DNA from: Pseudovirgaria hyperparasitica
Taxonomy: Eukaryota
Assembly (NCBI GenBank): GCA_010093815.1
Contig: ML996578.1
Length of the DNA stretch: 64,000 nucleotides
Reading direction: 5' to 3' (one strand)
The stretch's first letter is position 1. Every line of letters starts with the position of its first letter. Of the stretch, positions 12,095 through 26,454 are shown in pieces. The translations under genes were made by a program, and so were the position numbers. The notes under the pieces are model-generated. The model was not told the origin of the DNA. It ran no database searches and saw nothing but the letters and a program-made list of their open reading frames with translations.

Positions 12095-14522
12095 TCACCT
12101 CAAATCCCGCACGACTCTTTCTAGATCTCCAAGATCCAGATCCTCCCTACACGCACCCGCTTCGCACACCATAACTCTCTTCTTCTCCGGATCCATATGC
12201 TTGAGCAGCTCGTTCTGCCCCCTCAACCACTGACCCTTGTCCTTTGTCAACCGCACAAGACTGCCAATGCCACCGACGCGATTCCTCCACTTCGCCACCA
12301 CGTCATCTACATCCGCACCCTCTCCGCACACAACCACGCTCCGCACGCCCAGTTTGCCCGCCACAATGCTCGGCATCATACTCGAGAACAAGAACGGATG
12401 CTGCATGATCTCTGCCTCAAATGCCTCGCACGTCTGCCTCGCCAGTGTTGCATACCTGTCTGAATTCAGCAGCGACGACAAACGATACAGATTCGTTGCG
12501 CTGACGCCATTCGTGGACGGCTCCGCGTTGTCCAGCCCGTCCTTGAGCCGTAGTAACAAGTCCGTTGCACTTGCGGCTGTGGAGTAGAATCCGAAGCTCT
12601 TGTCGTCCCAAAAGTGATCCAACTGCGTGCGCTGCAGCACATCCGCCCATGCGAGATGGCTGTCGTCAAAAGTTGATTCGTATAGATCGAGTAGGCCGGA
12701 GATGAGAAAGGCGTAGTCGTCAGCGAATGCGGGAGCGTCGCCGGGTCCTTCACGGTACACGCGCTTCATGGTGCTGGTGGACGGGTCGAAGAGTTCTTTT
12801 TTAATGAAGGCGGCGGCGGATGTTGCTGCGGTTAGATATGTGGATGCTTTGGTGGCATCGAGAGGTTGAAGAACGGCGCCGGTCCGAGCGAGTGCGCCGA
12901 TGGCGAGACCATTCCAAGCGACTACGATCTTGTCGTCGAGGGCCGGACGAGGGCGTTCGGCGTTTCGATGGGCGAGTAGTTTGTCACGGCCAGTGTTGAT
13001 GGTCTGGATGATGTCTTCAACGGAGAGGCCGAATTCCTTGGACAGCGTTTCCGGGCTGCACGAAATTGCTAAGACGTTCTGGCTGAGGAGCTCATCGTGA
13101 GCATCATGCTCGGGGCTCACATTGCCATCTGCCTGAACGTTGTAGTAACGAGCACAAATATCGCCGTCGCGGCCTCCGAGAATATCTCGAAATTCCTTGA
13201 GGGACCAAACATAGAAAGCACCTTCTCGCTTTTCCTTGTCTGTTGGTCTATAGAAGGAATCTGCATCTTCTGCAGAAAAAAAACCTCCAGTAGTTGAATG
13301 CATTGGTTGAGTAGTGAGATAGGTTGCAATGTCTATTACAGTACTAAGGAGCTCGGGGTCTTCAGTCAAGATATAAGCGTCAAGATATACGGGCAGGAGT
13401 TGAGCTTGGTCGTACAGCCTGAACAAGTATCGTTAGCTCCTAATCTGTGTTTAAAATGTGAGGCCTTTGCACATACATCTTCTCGAAATGTGGCAGGCTC
13501 CAGTCTCGTGTTACGGAGTATCGCGCAAATCCATTTCCCACCTGGTCGTGAATTCCGCCTCGAGTCATGTTCTTTATGGTCCGAATGACCATCTCTTGTG
13601 CCTTCTTTACGTCTTCAGGACCAACGACGTCTTCCACGGCCTGTGGAAACTGGCCGAGTCGAAGGAGGAAGGAAAGATTGACAGGCGTGGGGAACTTCGG
13701 TGCTCCACCGAACCCAGCATGGATTTGGTCATATTTCTTCTTGTAGTGTTCATAGGAGTCATCCAGCAGCTCAAGATCCAGACCATCAGCTGCATCATCA
13801 GGTCCTCCAGTCCTACTTACGGTTCCTTCCTCTGCAAATGCTTTGAGCTGGGCTGTAATTTCTTTTGCCGAATCTAGACAGCGCTGCTGCTGATTGCGCC
13901 ATATGTCACCAATCTTCTCAAGAATGTCTAGGAATCCGACGTTTCCAGTGGTAGGGGATGCTGAACCTGGACCAGGAAAGTATGTGCCGCCAAAGATGGG
14001 TTCAAGATTCGGTGTAATAAAGACATTCAAGGGCCATCCGCCTGATCCTTGCGTAGCTTGAACATAATTCATATATATGCGGTCGATGTCGGGTCTCTCT
14101 TCGCGATCGATCTTGACAGGTATGAACGAGCTATTTAGGATGTTGGCAACCTCCTGATTCTCAAAGGACTCGCGCTCCATTACATGGCACCCTGTAGTGA
14201 TGTCAGAAAAAGGCGGCTATGGGCGCGTGCATGCTTTACAATGACATGCCGCATATCCAATGCTCACGAATAGTAGGCGGTTTGTCTGCTTTGCTAGCGC
14301 TAGTGTTTCTGGAGTCCACATCTGCCATGCTACAGGATTGTGCATGTGTCCGCGAACCTGTTTAAGAACATCGTGAGCATAAGATATGTAGGAAATTACT
14401 CTGAGAGTAACTTTGCAGCTCTTGACGTTACTCACATATGGGCTTCGACTCTTGTCTAGTGTATTGACCAGTCGCAAACTCTCGTCTACTATAGGACTTC
14501 TGGACGCGCCTTGAGTCGCCAT
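12095..14522 (-). CDS. SPATA20/YyaL (DUF255) thioredoxin + six-hairpin glycosidase-like protein (multi-exon; possible upstream start at 14645)
   Basis: N.L..S.SPY, SIGYAACH|WCHVMERESF, IDREERPDID, GGAPKFP, PHFEKM|LYDQAQL and DDKIVVAWNGL motifs across spliced ORFs. Confidence 0.93.
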
Positions 14523-16511
14523 GCTGACATTGAGCTTGCGACCAACTATTCTGTCCAAAATCTGAGATAGGAGGGGTAGAGATTGCGGGGTGCGGGGCGG
14601 GAGGATGATGAAGGGGACCGTAGCAAGTCTGGCGACGCGTCGCATACAATCTATGAATCTTGAGTGGAGGAGACGAGGAGAGAGGGAGAGTCGGGAATAC
14701 GGATTGCAATTTTGCGTCCGCGGATAGCTTCATCATGGAAGAAGCTTCAAGCTTTTGGCTTAGTCATAATATTTAATAAATACGATGAATGATCGTCGTG
14801 CGGTCGCGCTACAGCGGTAAGGTACGGCGAGCTATTGTTTCCAAATATATGCGATGATTTCTACCATAGTAGGTTTGTAGGCATGTATAGTTGAGCATAG
14901 CTATCTATAGCTAATAGTAATATGCTGTAGTGTAATCCTGTCGCTCGGTCATCTGAAGGACTCGGTTCTTCCTGCGTGAGGCCCGCAGCATCGCAACACG
15001 TTCAACTTGCATCATACGTCTATCACGTGCTCCTTCTGTAGCCCAATGAGCTGGATGCCATTACTATACAGACCTGACCGGTTCGGGGTCTGGGCGCGGT
15101 CAGTTATCGGGCTATTGGCGGAAGGGACCATGGGAAGAGGCCGCGATATTGAGTTCATCGACTATAGAGTATGCAATACACGGATATTGTAGTTTTGCAA
15201 TGGCCCATGTTGCAAAGGACGATTCCGTTTAACCTCAGTGGTGGAGTAGTGCTTGCCGACTCGAAAATCAATCTTGCTTAGGAAGCTTGCCTTGTACAGC
15301 GCAGAAAGAGCCCATAAAGGCATTGCAGCAAGATGATATCGATGAGTGAAGCAATTCGATATTTGCTGAGTGGTAGACTGTATTCTCGAAGCCGTCGTAT
15401 TTCTCAGTTGCCTGGTTGTGATGGGATCCGCCGCTTGTGCACTCCGTGCCTCCCCATACGAAAGATTTCACCAGGCGTCGTGTCGGAATTTGGCGTGCAT
15501 CATTGCTCCAACTGCTTCTCCTCTTGCCCAAATGCCAGACGCAATCTCCGTTCGAAGACTGCCCAAGTTTCAGGCCACTCGCGCTCGTTGGCCTTTTCGT
15601 CACGTCGTATTCTTGTCAATGTCGCTCCGACGCCGACTCCGACGGCAAAGATGGGGTCTATGGTCCTGTTTGCGATTAGAACTATGCTTATAAAGGACCC
15701 AGTGAGATCGAGCATACTTTGAGATCAAATACCTGTATGCCATCGTGCCTGTGGTATATAGTTAAGAGATGCGCTATGGAGTGCATGCCTGGACATGGAG
15801 CTCTCAGGCCGACGGATTAGGTAAGCTAGACTCAAGAAGGTATCGATCGAACTAGACCTAATTTGGCTCATGAGTATCCTCAGCAGCAGGCATCAAATAA
15901 ACCGTTCTATTACCAAGTGAGAGATGCTACGTGAAACTAGAATTAGTAACTTAAGCATATCTTAGTAATATGCTGAAGGACTTCCGAGAGCACTTGAGTA
16001 TATCACTTGACCGATATGACTATTTGACCATCTGATCCTAGTATCACGGGACTGCCTCGGTGACTGTCCAACACGGAGTAATAGCAAACTCAAGAAAGCG
16101 GCAAAGATTTACCAGATAAAACCTTTACACACTATGAAGCATCCTGAAAAACTTCTGCAGGCGTCATCGATGGAATCAAGCCCTGCAAAAGCTATTGTGG
16201 TGTTGGCTGGGTCACTAAGCGTACAGATCTCTAATGAATAATCATGTCGAGGAATCAAGTTTAGATTATGAACGATAAAGAGACCAGGTAACCATAAGTA
16301 ATCAAGACCAACCCATCAGGAACGCTGGCCTCCAAGTGCGACGCATGACGTTCCAACGGACACTTGGGTTTAGTTCGTATAGCCATCTGTTCCTCAGTGC
16401 AGCTGTGCGTCACTCCTAATACCCAGTTTCTGTGCTATGGCCGATAACAATATTCATATGTCCGAACGCCCAAATCACGACAGGTTGCCCGCTCGCAAGG
16501 GAGGTAGGCGG

Positions 16512-16947
<436 letters not shown>

Positions 16948-17893
16948 CTAGTTCCGGTAGAGAGTGATAGTTAGTGGTTGAGATAGGGTATCGGTGGGTA
17001 GATGTAGGAGGAAGGGTGCGGTGAAGGCAGCAGCTTGCGGAGGCGGGGCGAGATGTGAAGTGGGCGGTGGACTGGTCAGCGCGAGCTAGAAGTGGTGGCG
17101 CTTGCGTCAGGTTTGGCTTAAGAGGGAGGCTGTGGAGCTTTTGCGGGTGACAGAGCTATAACGGATAATAATGTGACAAAAGCGCGACAGAAATGTCAGA
17201 CAGGAACGCGGTCGCTGACCATTTATACACTTGACGCACAAACCATCCTAGTCATGCGGTCTCGTCCTTCTTGTTCACTCTACTCAGACGAGTGTCTTGT
17301 AAATAGGAGCACCTGCACTGATGACTCGACTCACCTAGGCTGCTGAGCGCCTTCGCAACTGCGCGCCATTGCAACTGCGCGCCATGCCCGTCCAGCTTGA
17401 CGCTTCACAGGGCACAAACGGGTATAGTCACTCTTTGCAGTGTTCTCACGCTTCATGTTCCGAGCCCTGTCCTGCGGCAATACTTTGGGCTCCGGAATCA
17501 GCTCGTGACATTTGTTCTCACATATACCTGATGACGTAGATGAGTGAGCCCCTCCTCAACTGCGAACCTCGAGGCCTGGTCACCACCTCTGATGGTGACT
17601 TAACGAGTCAAGATATCAAGACGTTTCAATCTCGGGCCCTGCGAGACGGCCTTCTGCAGGTACGGAATTATGGCTTGTGGCCTATACCTACCTTAATGCC
17701 TATTCAGGATCCGGGCAAGCCGTTGACCTCGGGGCTAACCCGGGGCCCGGCACCTAGGAGGTAGCTTTCCCCAACCTAGAGCATTTCCGTACCCACTTGA
17801 CTGGAAGCTTCGCAACGACGTTGATGTCCGTACATCCCTGTACTATTTCAACAATGACCTGACGATACATTCCCATTTCTATTGTGCCTCTTC

Positions 17894-19219
17894 ATGTCCT
17901 ATCTCACCGCGATGTCGTCAGTGCGGCTATTCAAGTCGCTACCGGCCCTTACTATCAGGGCGAAGAATGGCACCTCGAAAGCCTCCATTAGATCAGGACG
18001 CCAAAGGACAAGACCTTTTTCGAACTCATCGCAGCATATGGGTCCTACTAGTGGTCATGCGCTCCATGGATTCTCAGGTTTGTCAACATCCGGGACGGCT
18101 CTGAGTTTGCCTCTGATAGGACTTGCTGCCTGTGTCATCGTGCGTACCTTGTCTTGCCAGAACGTTATCACTGCTAACCCACGGAAGCTTACATTGATAC
18201 CTGGAAATAGCCCTGCGATGGAGGCCCCTAGTATCGCCGAACGAGATGCTCTCGCAAAACGGGAATCAGGGGTGACCGATAGCTCACCAATGCGCCTGCG
18301 TATGGAAGCATTCATAAAAGAAAACCAACAAAAGATCGTAGCAGAGCTCGAAAAGGTGGATGGGAAAAAGTTTCTCCAAGATACATGGCAACGACCAGCG
18401 GGTGGTGGTGGTATTACTTGTGTGCTGCAAGACGGCAATGTTTTTGAAAAGGCCGGTGTCAATACTTCCGTAGTATACGGCTCATTGGGAAGAGGTGCAA
18501 TAGCAAAAATGCGTGTAAACCACCCAGCACTGGACCCAGATGTCGAGTCCATGGAATTCTTTGCTGCCGGTATCAGCATGGTTCTCCATCCGCACAATCC
18601 CATGGCACCAACGGTGCATCTCAACTATCGTTATTTTGAAACAGCTGGCCCAGATGGCAAGACAAATGCGTGGTGGTTCGGAGGTGGTTGTGATTTGACG
18701 CCTGCATATCTTTTCGATGAGGATGCTATACATTTCCACAAAACGATTAAGGATGCATGCGACAAACACGACAAGAACTACTATCCAAGATTCAAGAAAT
18801 GGTGCGATGAGTATTTCAACAATAAACATAGAGGCGGCGAGTCTCGTGGTATAGGCGGTATCTTCTTCGATGATCTTGACGAACAAGAGAAGGATCAGGA
18901 GCAGTTATTCGCTTTTGCGCAAGACTGTCTTGGTTCATTCCTGCCAGGGTACATACCGATCATCGAAAAGCGGAAAGACATGCCATATACGGAGCATGAA
19001 AAAGCCTGGCAACAATTACGCCGCGGACGATACGTGGAGTTCAATCTTGTTCATGACCGAGGGACAAAGTTTGGCCTTGAGACACCCGGAGCGCGAATCG
19101 AGAGCATCTTGATGAGTTTACCGCTCACAGCGCGCTGGCAGTACATGCACGAGCCTGAAAAGGGAAGCCGAGAGGAGAGGCTCCTTAGTATACTGAAGTC
19201 CCCGAAAGAGTGGGTCTGA
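17894..19219 (+). CDS. HEM13: Coproporphyrinogen III oxidase, oxygen-dependent (probable in-frame intron 18140-18187; start uncertain)
   Basis: [50 protein letters not shown] and ESILMSLP motifs. Confidence 0.97.
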   Translation: MSYLTAMSSVRLFKSLPALTIRAKNGTSKASIRSGRQRTRPFSNSSQHMGPTSGHALHGFSGLSTSGTALSLPLIGLAACVIVRTLSCQNVITANPRKLTLIPGNSPAMEAPSIAERDALAKRESGVTDSSPMRLRMEAFIKENQQKIVAELEKVDGKKFLQDTWQRPAGGGGITCVLQDGNVFEKAGVNTSVVYGSLGRGAIAKMRVNHPALDPDVESMEFFAAGISMVLHPHNPMAPTVHLNYRYFETAGPDGKTNAWWFGGGCDLTPAYLFDEDAIHFHKTIKDACDKHDKNYYPRFKKWCDEYFNNKHRGGESRGIGGIFFDDLDEQEKDQEQLFAFAQDCLGSFLPGYIPIIEKRKDMPYTEHEKAWQQLRRGRYVEFNLVHDRGTKFGLETPGARIESILMSLPLTARWQYMHEPEKGSREERLLSILKSPKEWV

Positions 19220-19860
19220 AATGTTTATATACCCTGCCTGTAATTACTCCAAAAGCTCAATATATGTAAGATGTATAGATAGGAGATTCGAGCTCAGTAA
19301 ATATCGTGCCGACCCGCACAATTAACTTTGACAGGTCTACACACATAGGACGCTCTAGCCATGCAAATCGAAAATGAGCAAGAATAGCCTTTGTTTCCAG
19401 TCAAAGCCGGCTCCGTATAATCCCAGTATATCACAGTGGAACGTAGAGGCAGGTAGAGGCAGGAGATCCAAGACTGAGGATGTGCGAGACACTAAAGTCG
19501 AAATACAGACAGTGAATGCAAAAACCATCAGCGTGTATTGGGCAAACGAAAGCATCGTGCCTGTTGTGTCTGTTGTGTCTATACCCATCTGTGACGCTAA
19601 AGCGTAGTAAAGTAATTGTACCTAATGGGATTGTGTGGGTATTCCATAAGCATTGATCCGGATTGCTTCATTCCTTCCTCTTTTGATCACCGCGTGCCGC
19701 TCTTTGATTACGGACACGGATTTGACCGACTTACGTACGCGAACAAAACGGTGTTGCGGGGCAACTTCTCTGAAGCTTCAAGAGCTTGAAGTTCCCCCAC
19801 CATTTCCGATACACAATCAAGCACAAGCACTGTCTATTTTACGATCTATCACTCGCAAAC

Positions 19861-22800
19861 ATGGCCACTGACCGTGATGTGCTGCCTGACAAGTAAGTTG
19901 CGTTTCTCTGCTTTCGTCTTTCGCCTTTCGTTCCCTTTGGTCGATCAAGTGTCCCCTTGTGAGAAGAAACACGATCAGGTGCACAGTAGATCCTAATGAG
20001 TCTTCGACATGTTTGCTCGTCAGATCAAGAGAATCTCCAGTAGACCAGACAACCCCATACATCAGCTCCCTTGACTTTGCGTTGTGGGAAAGATTGACTA
20101 AATCATGCCCGGGGTTAAATTTACTTCGATGCCATTGGTGTGATCCGGAAACCCCATGTTTAGTCTTGCTAATCTGCGATGTAGCATCAAACCAATTCAT
20201 TACTCCCTTTCCCTATATGACCTTGAGCATGGTGGTGCATTTAGCTATGAGGGACAAGTTTCAATCGACGTCAAAATATTGAAGTCAACCAAGGAGATAG
20301 TTTTGAACACTCATCAATTGAAGATACATGAGGCCGAGGTGAAGATCACCAAGACTGAAGACTTGCACAAGGCTTCGAACATATCCTATGATGCACCAAG
20401 ACAGCGAGCGATTGTATCATTCGACGAGGACCTATCGCCTACACATAATGCACAAATTGTGATTAAGTTCCAGGGCACGATGAATCAGGTCAGTCACCCT
20501 TTCCTAGCACAAATGTCTTTGCTGATACCTGCGATAGTCCATGGCAGGCTTTTACCGCTCCCGTTATAAGCCAACTGTACCAGCTGCTCAATCGGTGGCG
20601 CGCGACGATGAGTATCATTACATGTTCAGTACTCAATTTGAATCATGCGATGCGCGACGAGCGTTCCCTTGCTTCGACGAACCCAACTTGAAGGCTACGT
20701 TCGATGTAGAGCTCGAAGTACCAGAAGATCTCGTCGCCTTGAGCAACATGCCTGAAAAGGAGGTCAAAAAATCCTCTAAGTCTAATTTCAAGATTGTCTC
20801 CTTCGAGCGAACCCCAATCGTCAGCACATATCTAGTAGCCTGGGCGATTGGTGATTTTGAGTATGTGGAGGATTTCACTCGGCGGAAATATGATGGAAAG
20901 AGCCTTCCGGTCCGAGTGTACACTACCAAAGGTCTCAAAGAGCAGGGCCGATTTGCCCTCGAACATGCACATCAAATCGTGGATTACTTTTCTGAAGTAG
21001 GTACACCAAAGATGTAATGCGTGAGCTGGGCTTACCGTTTTGCAGATCTTCGGTATCGAATATCCACTCCCTAAAGTTGATCTGCTAGCAGTTCACGAAT
21101 TTGTAAGTAGATACAAACGTGCAGTAACAGCCCCTCTCTTCGCTGATCAGTTGTCTATAACAGGCAATTATATGTATTCCCTATTCGATTCCATGAGTGC
21201 TGACTGACCGGGGTTGTCTAGTCTCACGGTGCGATGGAGAACTGGGGCTTGATCACGTACAGGTACATTACTCCCAGTATAACCACTATCGTCAATAGTA
21301 GGTGTACTTAGTCTCTATACTCACGACCTCTCTAGGACTACCGCTGTATTGTTCGACGAAAAGACCTCCGACGCGAGGTTCAGAAACCGAGTAGCCTATG
21401 TAGTAGCGCACGAACTTGCTCACCAGTGGTTCGGTAACTTGGTGACTATGGACTGGTGGAGCGAGGTGATTTATCCCCCGAAAACTGCATGCCATGGCTG
21501 CTGATACTGGATAGCTCTGGCTGAACGAAGGTTTTGCGACATGGGTTGGTTGGGTTGCCACTGACTACCTTCATCCTGGTAAGGACTCCAGATTCTATAC
21601 GAGACCCAAGTTAATCGAAGTAGACTGGAACGTCTGGAGTCAGTTTGTCGTACGTTCAATGACCAAAGGTAACATCAAATATCAATACTAACAAGTAATA
21701 GGCTGAGGCGGTTCAAACAGCATTCCAATTGGATTCACTACGGACATCTCACCCCATCGAAGTCGCTGTTAAGGATGCACTTGAAGTCGATCAGATATTT
21801 GACTCGATCAGTTATCTCAAAGGTAGCTCAGTCATACGCATGCTGAGTTCACATTTGTCGCAAGATGTTTTTTTAAAAGGGGTGGGAGATTACCTACAGA
21901 AGCATAAATACGGCAACGCTACTACCAATGATCTTTGGTCCGCTCTGAGCAAAGCCTCTGGCCAAGATGTCAACACATTCATGGACATCTGGATTCGAAA
22001 GATGGGTTTCCCTGTCCTGACGGTCGCTGAGGAGCCGGGTCAAATAAGCGTTAAGCAGGGTCGTTTCTTATTCAGTGGTGACGTCAAGCCTGAGGAAGAT
22101 GAGACGATCTGGTGGATTCCATTGGGCTTGAAGACTGGACCAAAAGCTATGGATGCTAACGCAGGTGCCCTCACGACGCGTGAGAACACCATTAGAGATA
22201 TTGACGACAGCTTTTACAAGCTCAACGCAAACCAGAACGGCTTTTACAGGGTCAACTATCCCCCGGAACGACTTGTAAAGATTGGCGAGGCAAAGGACAA
22301 GCTTACAGACGAAGACAAGATTGGCCTGATTGGTGATGCAGCTGCCTTGGCAGCTTCAGGTCTTGGAACTACACCTGCTCTATTGGCGCTTGTGGAGAAC
22401 TTCAGGGACGAAGAGAACTACCTGTGAGTATTTGCGGTGGCAACGAAGAAATTATCCCTGACACCGTCTAAGGGTATGGCTTGAGATATTGACTAGACTG
22501 GGTAACATTCGATCAATCTTCTCTGAAGACGACGAAGTCAGTAAGGGTCTTCGGCGATTTACCTTGACCCTCATCAGTCCAATCACAGACAAGGTCGGCT
22601 GGGAGTTCAAAACTGGGGAAGACTATCTGACTGGACGGCTTCGTGCTCTGCTCATAGCCACAGCTGGCCTGGTCGGACACGAGGGGTAGGTTCTATCTAC
22701 GATCACTACTAGAGCAAAGATGGATAACTTTGACCACAGTGTTGCGGAAGAAGCTAAACGTCAGTTTAATGCCTACACCAGCGGCGATAAGTCTGCTATA

Positions 22801-23334
22801 CACCCGTCTCTACGAAGCGCTGTGTACCGGATCGCTGTCACTGAGGGTGGTAAGGAAGCCTACGAAGCAGTAAGGTCAGACTATGCTACAACAACGTCGA
22901 TTGATGGTAAAGACGTATGTCTATCTGCGATGGGTAGAGTACAAACTCCTGAGCTTGCGAAAGACTACCTGGATTTCCTCTTTTCGCCCGCAGTGGCAGT
23001 TCAAGACGTGCACAGTGGAGGCATGTCCCTCGGTGCTAACGCGAAGACTCGTGCTGCGGTGTGGGAGTACATCCGCGACAATTGGGATAGTAAGATCTAC
23101 TCAACTTTGAGCGATAATATGGTTGTACTTGAACGATTCCTTCGCACATCCCTGAACAAATTTGCCAATTATGAGATTGAGAAAGAGATGTCTTCCTTCT
23201 TCGGTGGCAAGGATCAGAGGGGTTTCGACCGGGGTGTCAGCGTCATCAGCGATACCATCAAGGGTAACGCCAAGTACAAGGAACGTGATCTGCCAATCAT
23301 TCGAGAATGGATCAAGGCACATGGCTATGCGTGA
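19861..23334 (+). CDS. APE2: M1 family zinc aminopeptidase (Ape2-like), about 11 exons
   Basis: Exon 1 [29 protein letters not shown]; spliced SHGAMENWG and [10 protein letters not shown]...LWLNEGFAT (HEXXH-x18-E); ERAP1-like C-terminus. Confidence 0.93.
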
Positions 23335-23920
23335 GTACAGCACGAGTCTGGCACATGTACTAGTCTCATACGAAGAACAGCAATCCCATGAGCAGTCTAA
23401 AACTGTAAGACTCTACTGCAATCTTCAATACACCGGAATGTACTGTTTCATAGTGGGTAAGGGAGCCACAGCTTATACATAACACATTGGCAGCGAGTAC
23501 TATAGAATTGAAGCTCTAAATGTGGAATATGGAGCATAAAATCTAGTTGTTCGCAACGAACATTGGCCATTGCATAAAGTACCAGGATCACTCACTACTA
23601 ATGTCGCTTCGAATTCAGCCTGAAATCTTACTTGCACTATAACCTTGACCTCGTCAAGGTCAGTTGCAACCTTGAAGATCGAGTCCAGGTGATCATAAAT
23701 AAGACCAACGTAGCCTGATCTCAGGCTCACATTGACGCGAAATGACGTCGGCCTCGGTTGAATTTTCCTGCGGCGGAAATCGAACAGTAGTTCTTTGACC
23801 AGTGTATCTTGCATCATGATAGCTTAAATACTTACGGTGTTCGATCTTACAGTGCAACTGTTGTTGTATCTCATGACCACCTGAACTTTCTCGCGAGCTA
23901 TCGGAGAGATATCTGAAGCA

Positions 23921-25927
23921 ATGCTCTATAACCCGATCATTCCTGGTTTCTACCCTGACCCTAGTTGTATCTTTGTGCCCGAATGGGATAATACATTCTT
24001 TTGTGCATCTTCTAGCTTCAACGCTTTTCCTGGAGTGCCAATACATGCAAGCAAAGACTTACAGAACTGGAAGTTGATCGGTAAGAACCTGTCCAAATAG
24101 ATCAGAGATTCTACTAAAGGATCGGAGCCAGGCAACGCTCTGAATCGACCAGAGCAGCTCCCTGGTCTCGCTCATACAAACGGATCGACCAGTGGTGTTT
24201 GGGCACCTACCCTCCGTTACCATGATGGATTGTTTTACATAATCACGACTAACGTGTTCGACAACAAAGCAATTGCTGATCCAGCGAAATGGGACAACGT
24301 ATGTTCGGTTTTAGAAATAGCACTTCAAAGGACTGTCTGATGTTTCCACAGTTTATAATCAGCGCCAAAGACCCCTTTGACCCAGCGTCATGGACAGAAG
24401 GGATCCATTTCCCCTTCCAGGGATACGATACATCTTTATTCTGGCATGAAAATGGGAAGGTGTATGTGACAGGATCTCATTATCATAGGATCAAGTAAGC
24501 ATCCATCTTGCCCCTGGAGGATCTTATACTCACTGCGGTAGAGCGGGAATACGACAAACCACAATCGATCTTACTACCGGAGAACTTGGTGGTGAGTTCC
24601 AGGAAATATGGTTAGGGACTGGTGGCATAGTATGTGTACCTTTGTTGGTCACATTCACTCAAAGCTCATGCTAAATGTCTAGGCTGTTGAGGGGCCTCAC
24701 ATCTACCAGAGAGATGGTTGGTATTATCTGCTTGCTGCAGAAGGTACTTCAAGTCATAGAGTGAGCCCTCATATCTCTCATATACTGACCGAATCTAGGG
24801 GGAACTGGTGTGAATCACATGGTAACCATGGCGAGGTCTAAGGACATCATGGGTCCCTATGAAGGCGACACCACGAATCCTCTTTTGACAAATGCGAATA
24901 CAACACAATACTGTATGTTGTTTCGTTAATGTGCTCCTAGTACTGAACCCCTACTGAAACATCACAATATAGTTCAAACAGTTGGCCATGCAGACCTCTT
25001 TCAAGACAAGTCGGAGAACTGGTGGGGTGTCGCTCTATCTACGAGATCGGGTCCGAAGTATGAGAACTACCCTATGGGGCGCGAGACTATCATGGTCCCA
25101 GTGACATGGGATGAGGGTAAGTTCCCAGTCTTCTCGAATGCTACGGGAGCGATCGAGACCCGGGTTCTACCAACGAAGGATGTGGAAATCAAAGGAACAG
25201 GGTGCGTACGCCTTCGTTAACAGAACGCTCTACTAATTGTGGTAGTCCACTTTGCGATGCCAGTGACAGAATCAATTTCACCGCTGGAAGCGTACTACCA
25301 GTTCACTTCCTTCATTGGCGCTTTCCAGAACCAAGTGCCTATGTCATATCTCCAACCGACCATCCAAACATACTCCAACTCACCCCTTCAAAGTTAAACC
25401 TGACTGGCCTCGACGGAGCCTCTGCAGCTACACCACAAACATTTGTCGGCCGCCGTCAAACACACACTCTATTCACATACAGCGTTATTCTTGACTATGT
25501 GCCCAAGACAGTCAACGAGGAAGCCGGCATCACAGCATTCCTAACACAGAACCACCACATCAGACTCGGCGTAACGCTTCTCCAATCATCGAATCCAATG
25601 GAACCCGTGTTGAGTCTTTCATTTTATGCTATTTCGAGCAAGCCTGTTCCGGAGGCCTTCACAGTGCCCTTGCCTTTGGCGTGGCAGTCGCAGCCACTGA
25701 AGCTGGAGATCAAGGCGTACAATTTGACGCACTACACTTTTTCAGCTGGGCCTGCAGATGCACAGAGTGAGATGCAGACTTTCGCGAATTTGAACAACGA
25801 GATTGTTAGCTATGGATTCACTGGCACTCTTTTGGGTGTATATGCGACTAGCAACGGGGGAGAGGGCAAGACGGCGGCATATGTTTCCAAGTGGAGGTAC
25901 ACGGGGCAGGGTCAATTTAGGGATTAG
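23921..25927 (+). CDS. GH43 beta-xylosidase/arabinofuranosidase with C-terminal beta-sandwich (multi-intron)
   Basis: MLYNPIIPGFYPDPSC, GVWAPTLRYHDG, EGPHIY, QTVGHADLF, YPMGRET, GFTGTLLGVYAT read across introns; mostly missed by the ORF track. Confidence 0.92.
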
Positions 25928-26454
25928 GGGATATCTGAGTTGAGCACAACGAAGGAGGGTCTGGATGCCCGGGCAAATTGTATGCTATTTCCAGAATGTC
26001 TTTTCCACAACCCTTCTGCATTTGCTGTGCTATGTATCCCTTCGTCCTCGAAGATACGATATTATTACTCCTGCTCATGACCGCCCGGGATCGCTTCATA
26101 TCCTGTTCTCGTCAGATCAACCGAAAGAAGTTGATATGAGACTTGTAGGCGCTCGTAGAAGATGAGTCCAAGGCCAGTTCTCACCTCCGTAGCTAAGTAG
26201 CTTGTTTCGGCTGAAGTGCACATATGGAGTCTAGTGAACGGTACAGCGACGCGAGGACAAGCTAAGCGCCTCTTGGAGGCCAAAAGTCCAGTCCGGAGAT
26301 ACATAGCCATGGACGGTAGTCCACAAGTGTTCATCGAGGCGATCATATCGTGGTTCCAAGCAGGCCATACGTGCAATGACCATCTGGGAAGGAAGTCATG
26401 GCCGGGCTGTCCGTCTCAATCCAGGGGTGACCAAGTCGGGTGCCGTAACTGACT

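Noticed and set aside
15007..15722. Overlapping 60-130 aa ORFs between SPATA20 and ATG8
   Set aside because: No homologous motif or consistent splice model; a decayed gene cannot be excluded
19893..20184. Long APE2 intron 1 as a snoRNA host or alternative first exon
   Set aside because: No clear C/D boxes, and the internal ATGs I checked hit stops
21103..21221. Stwintron interpretation of the double-structured APE2 intron
   Set aside because: Removing either inner unit does not recreate a donor or acceptor
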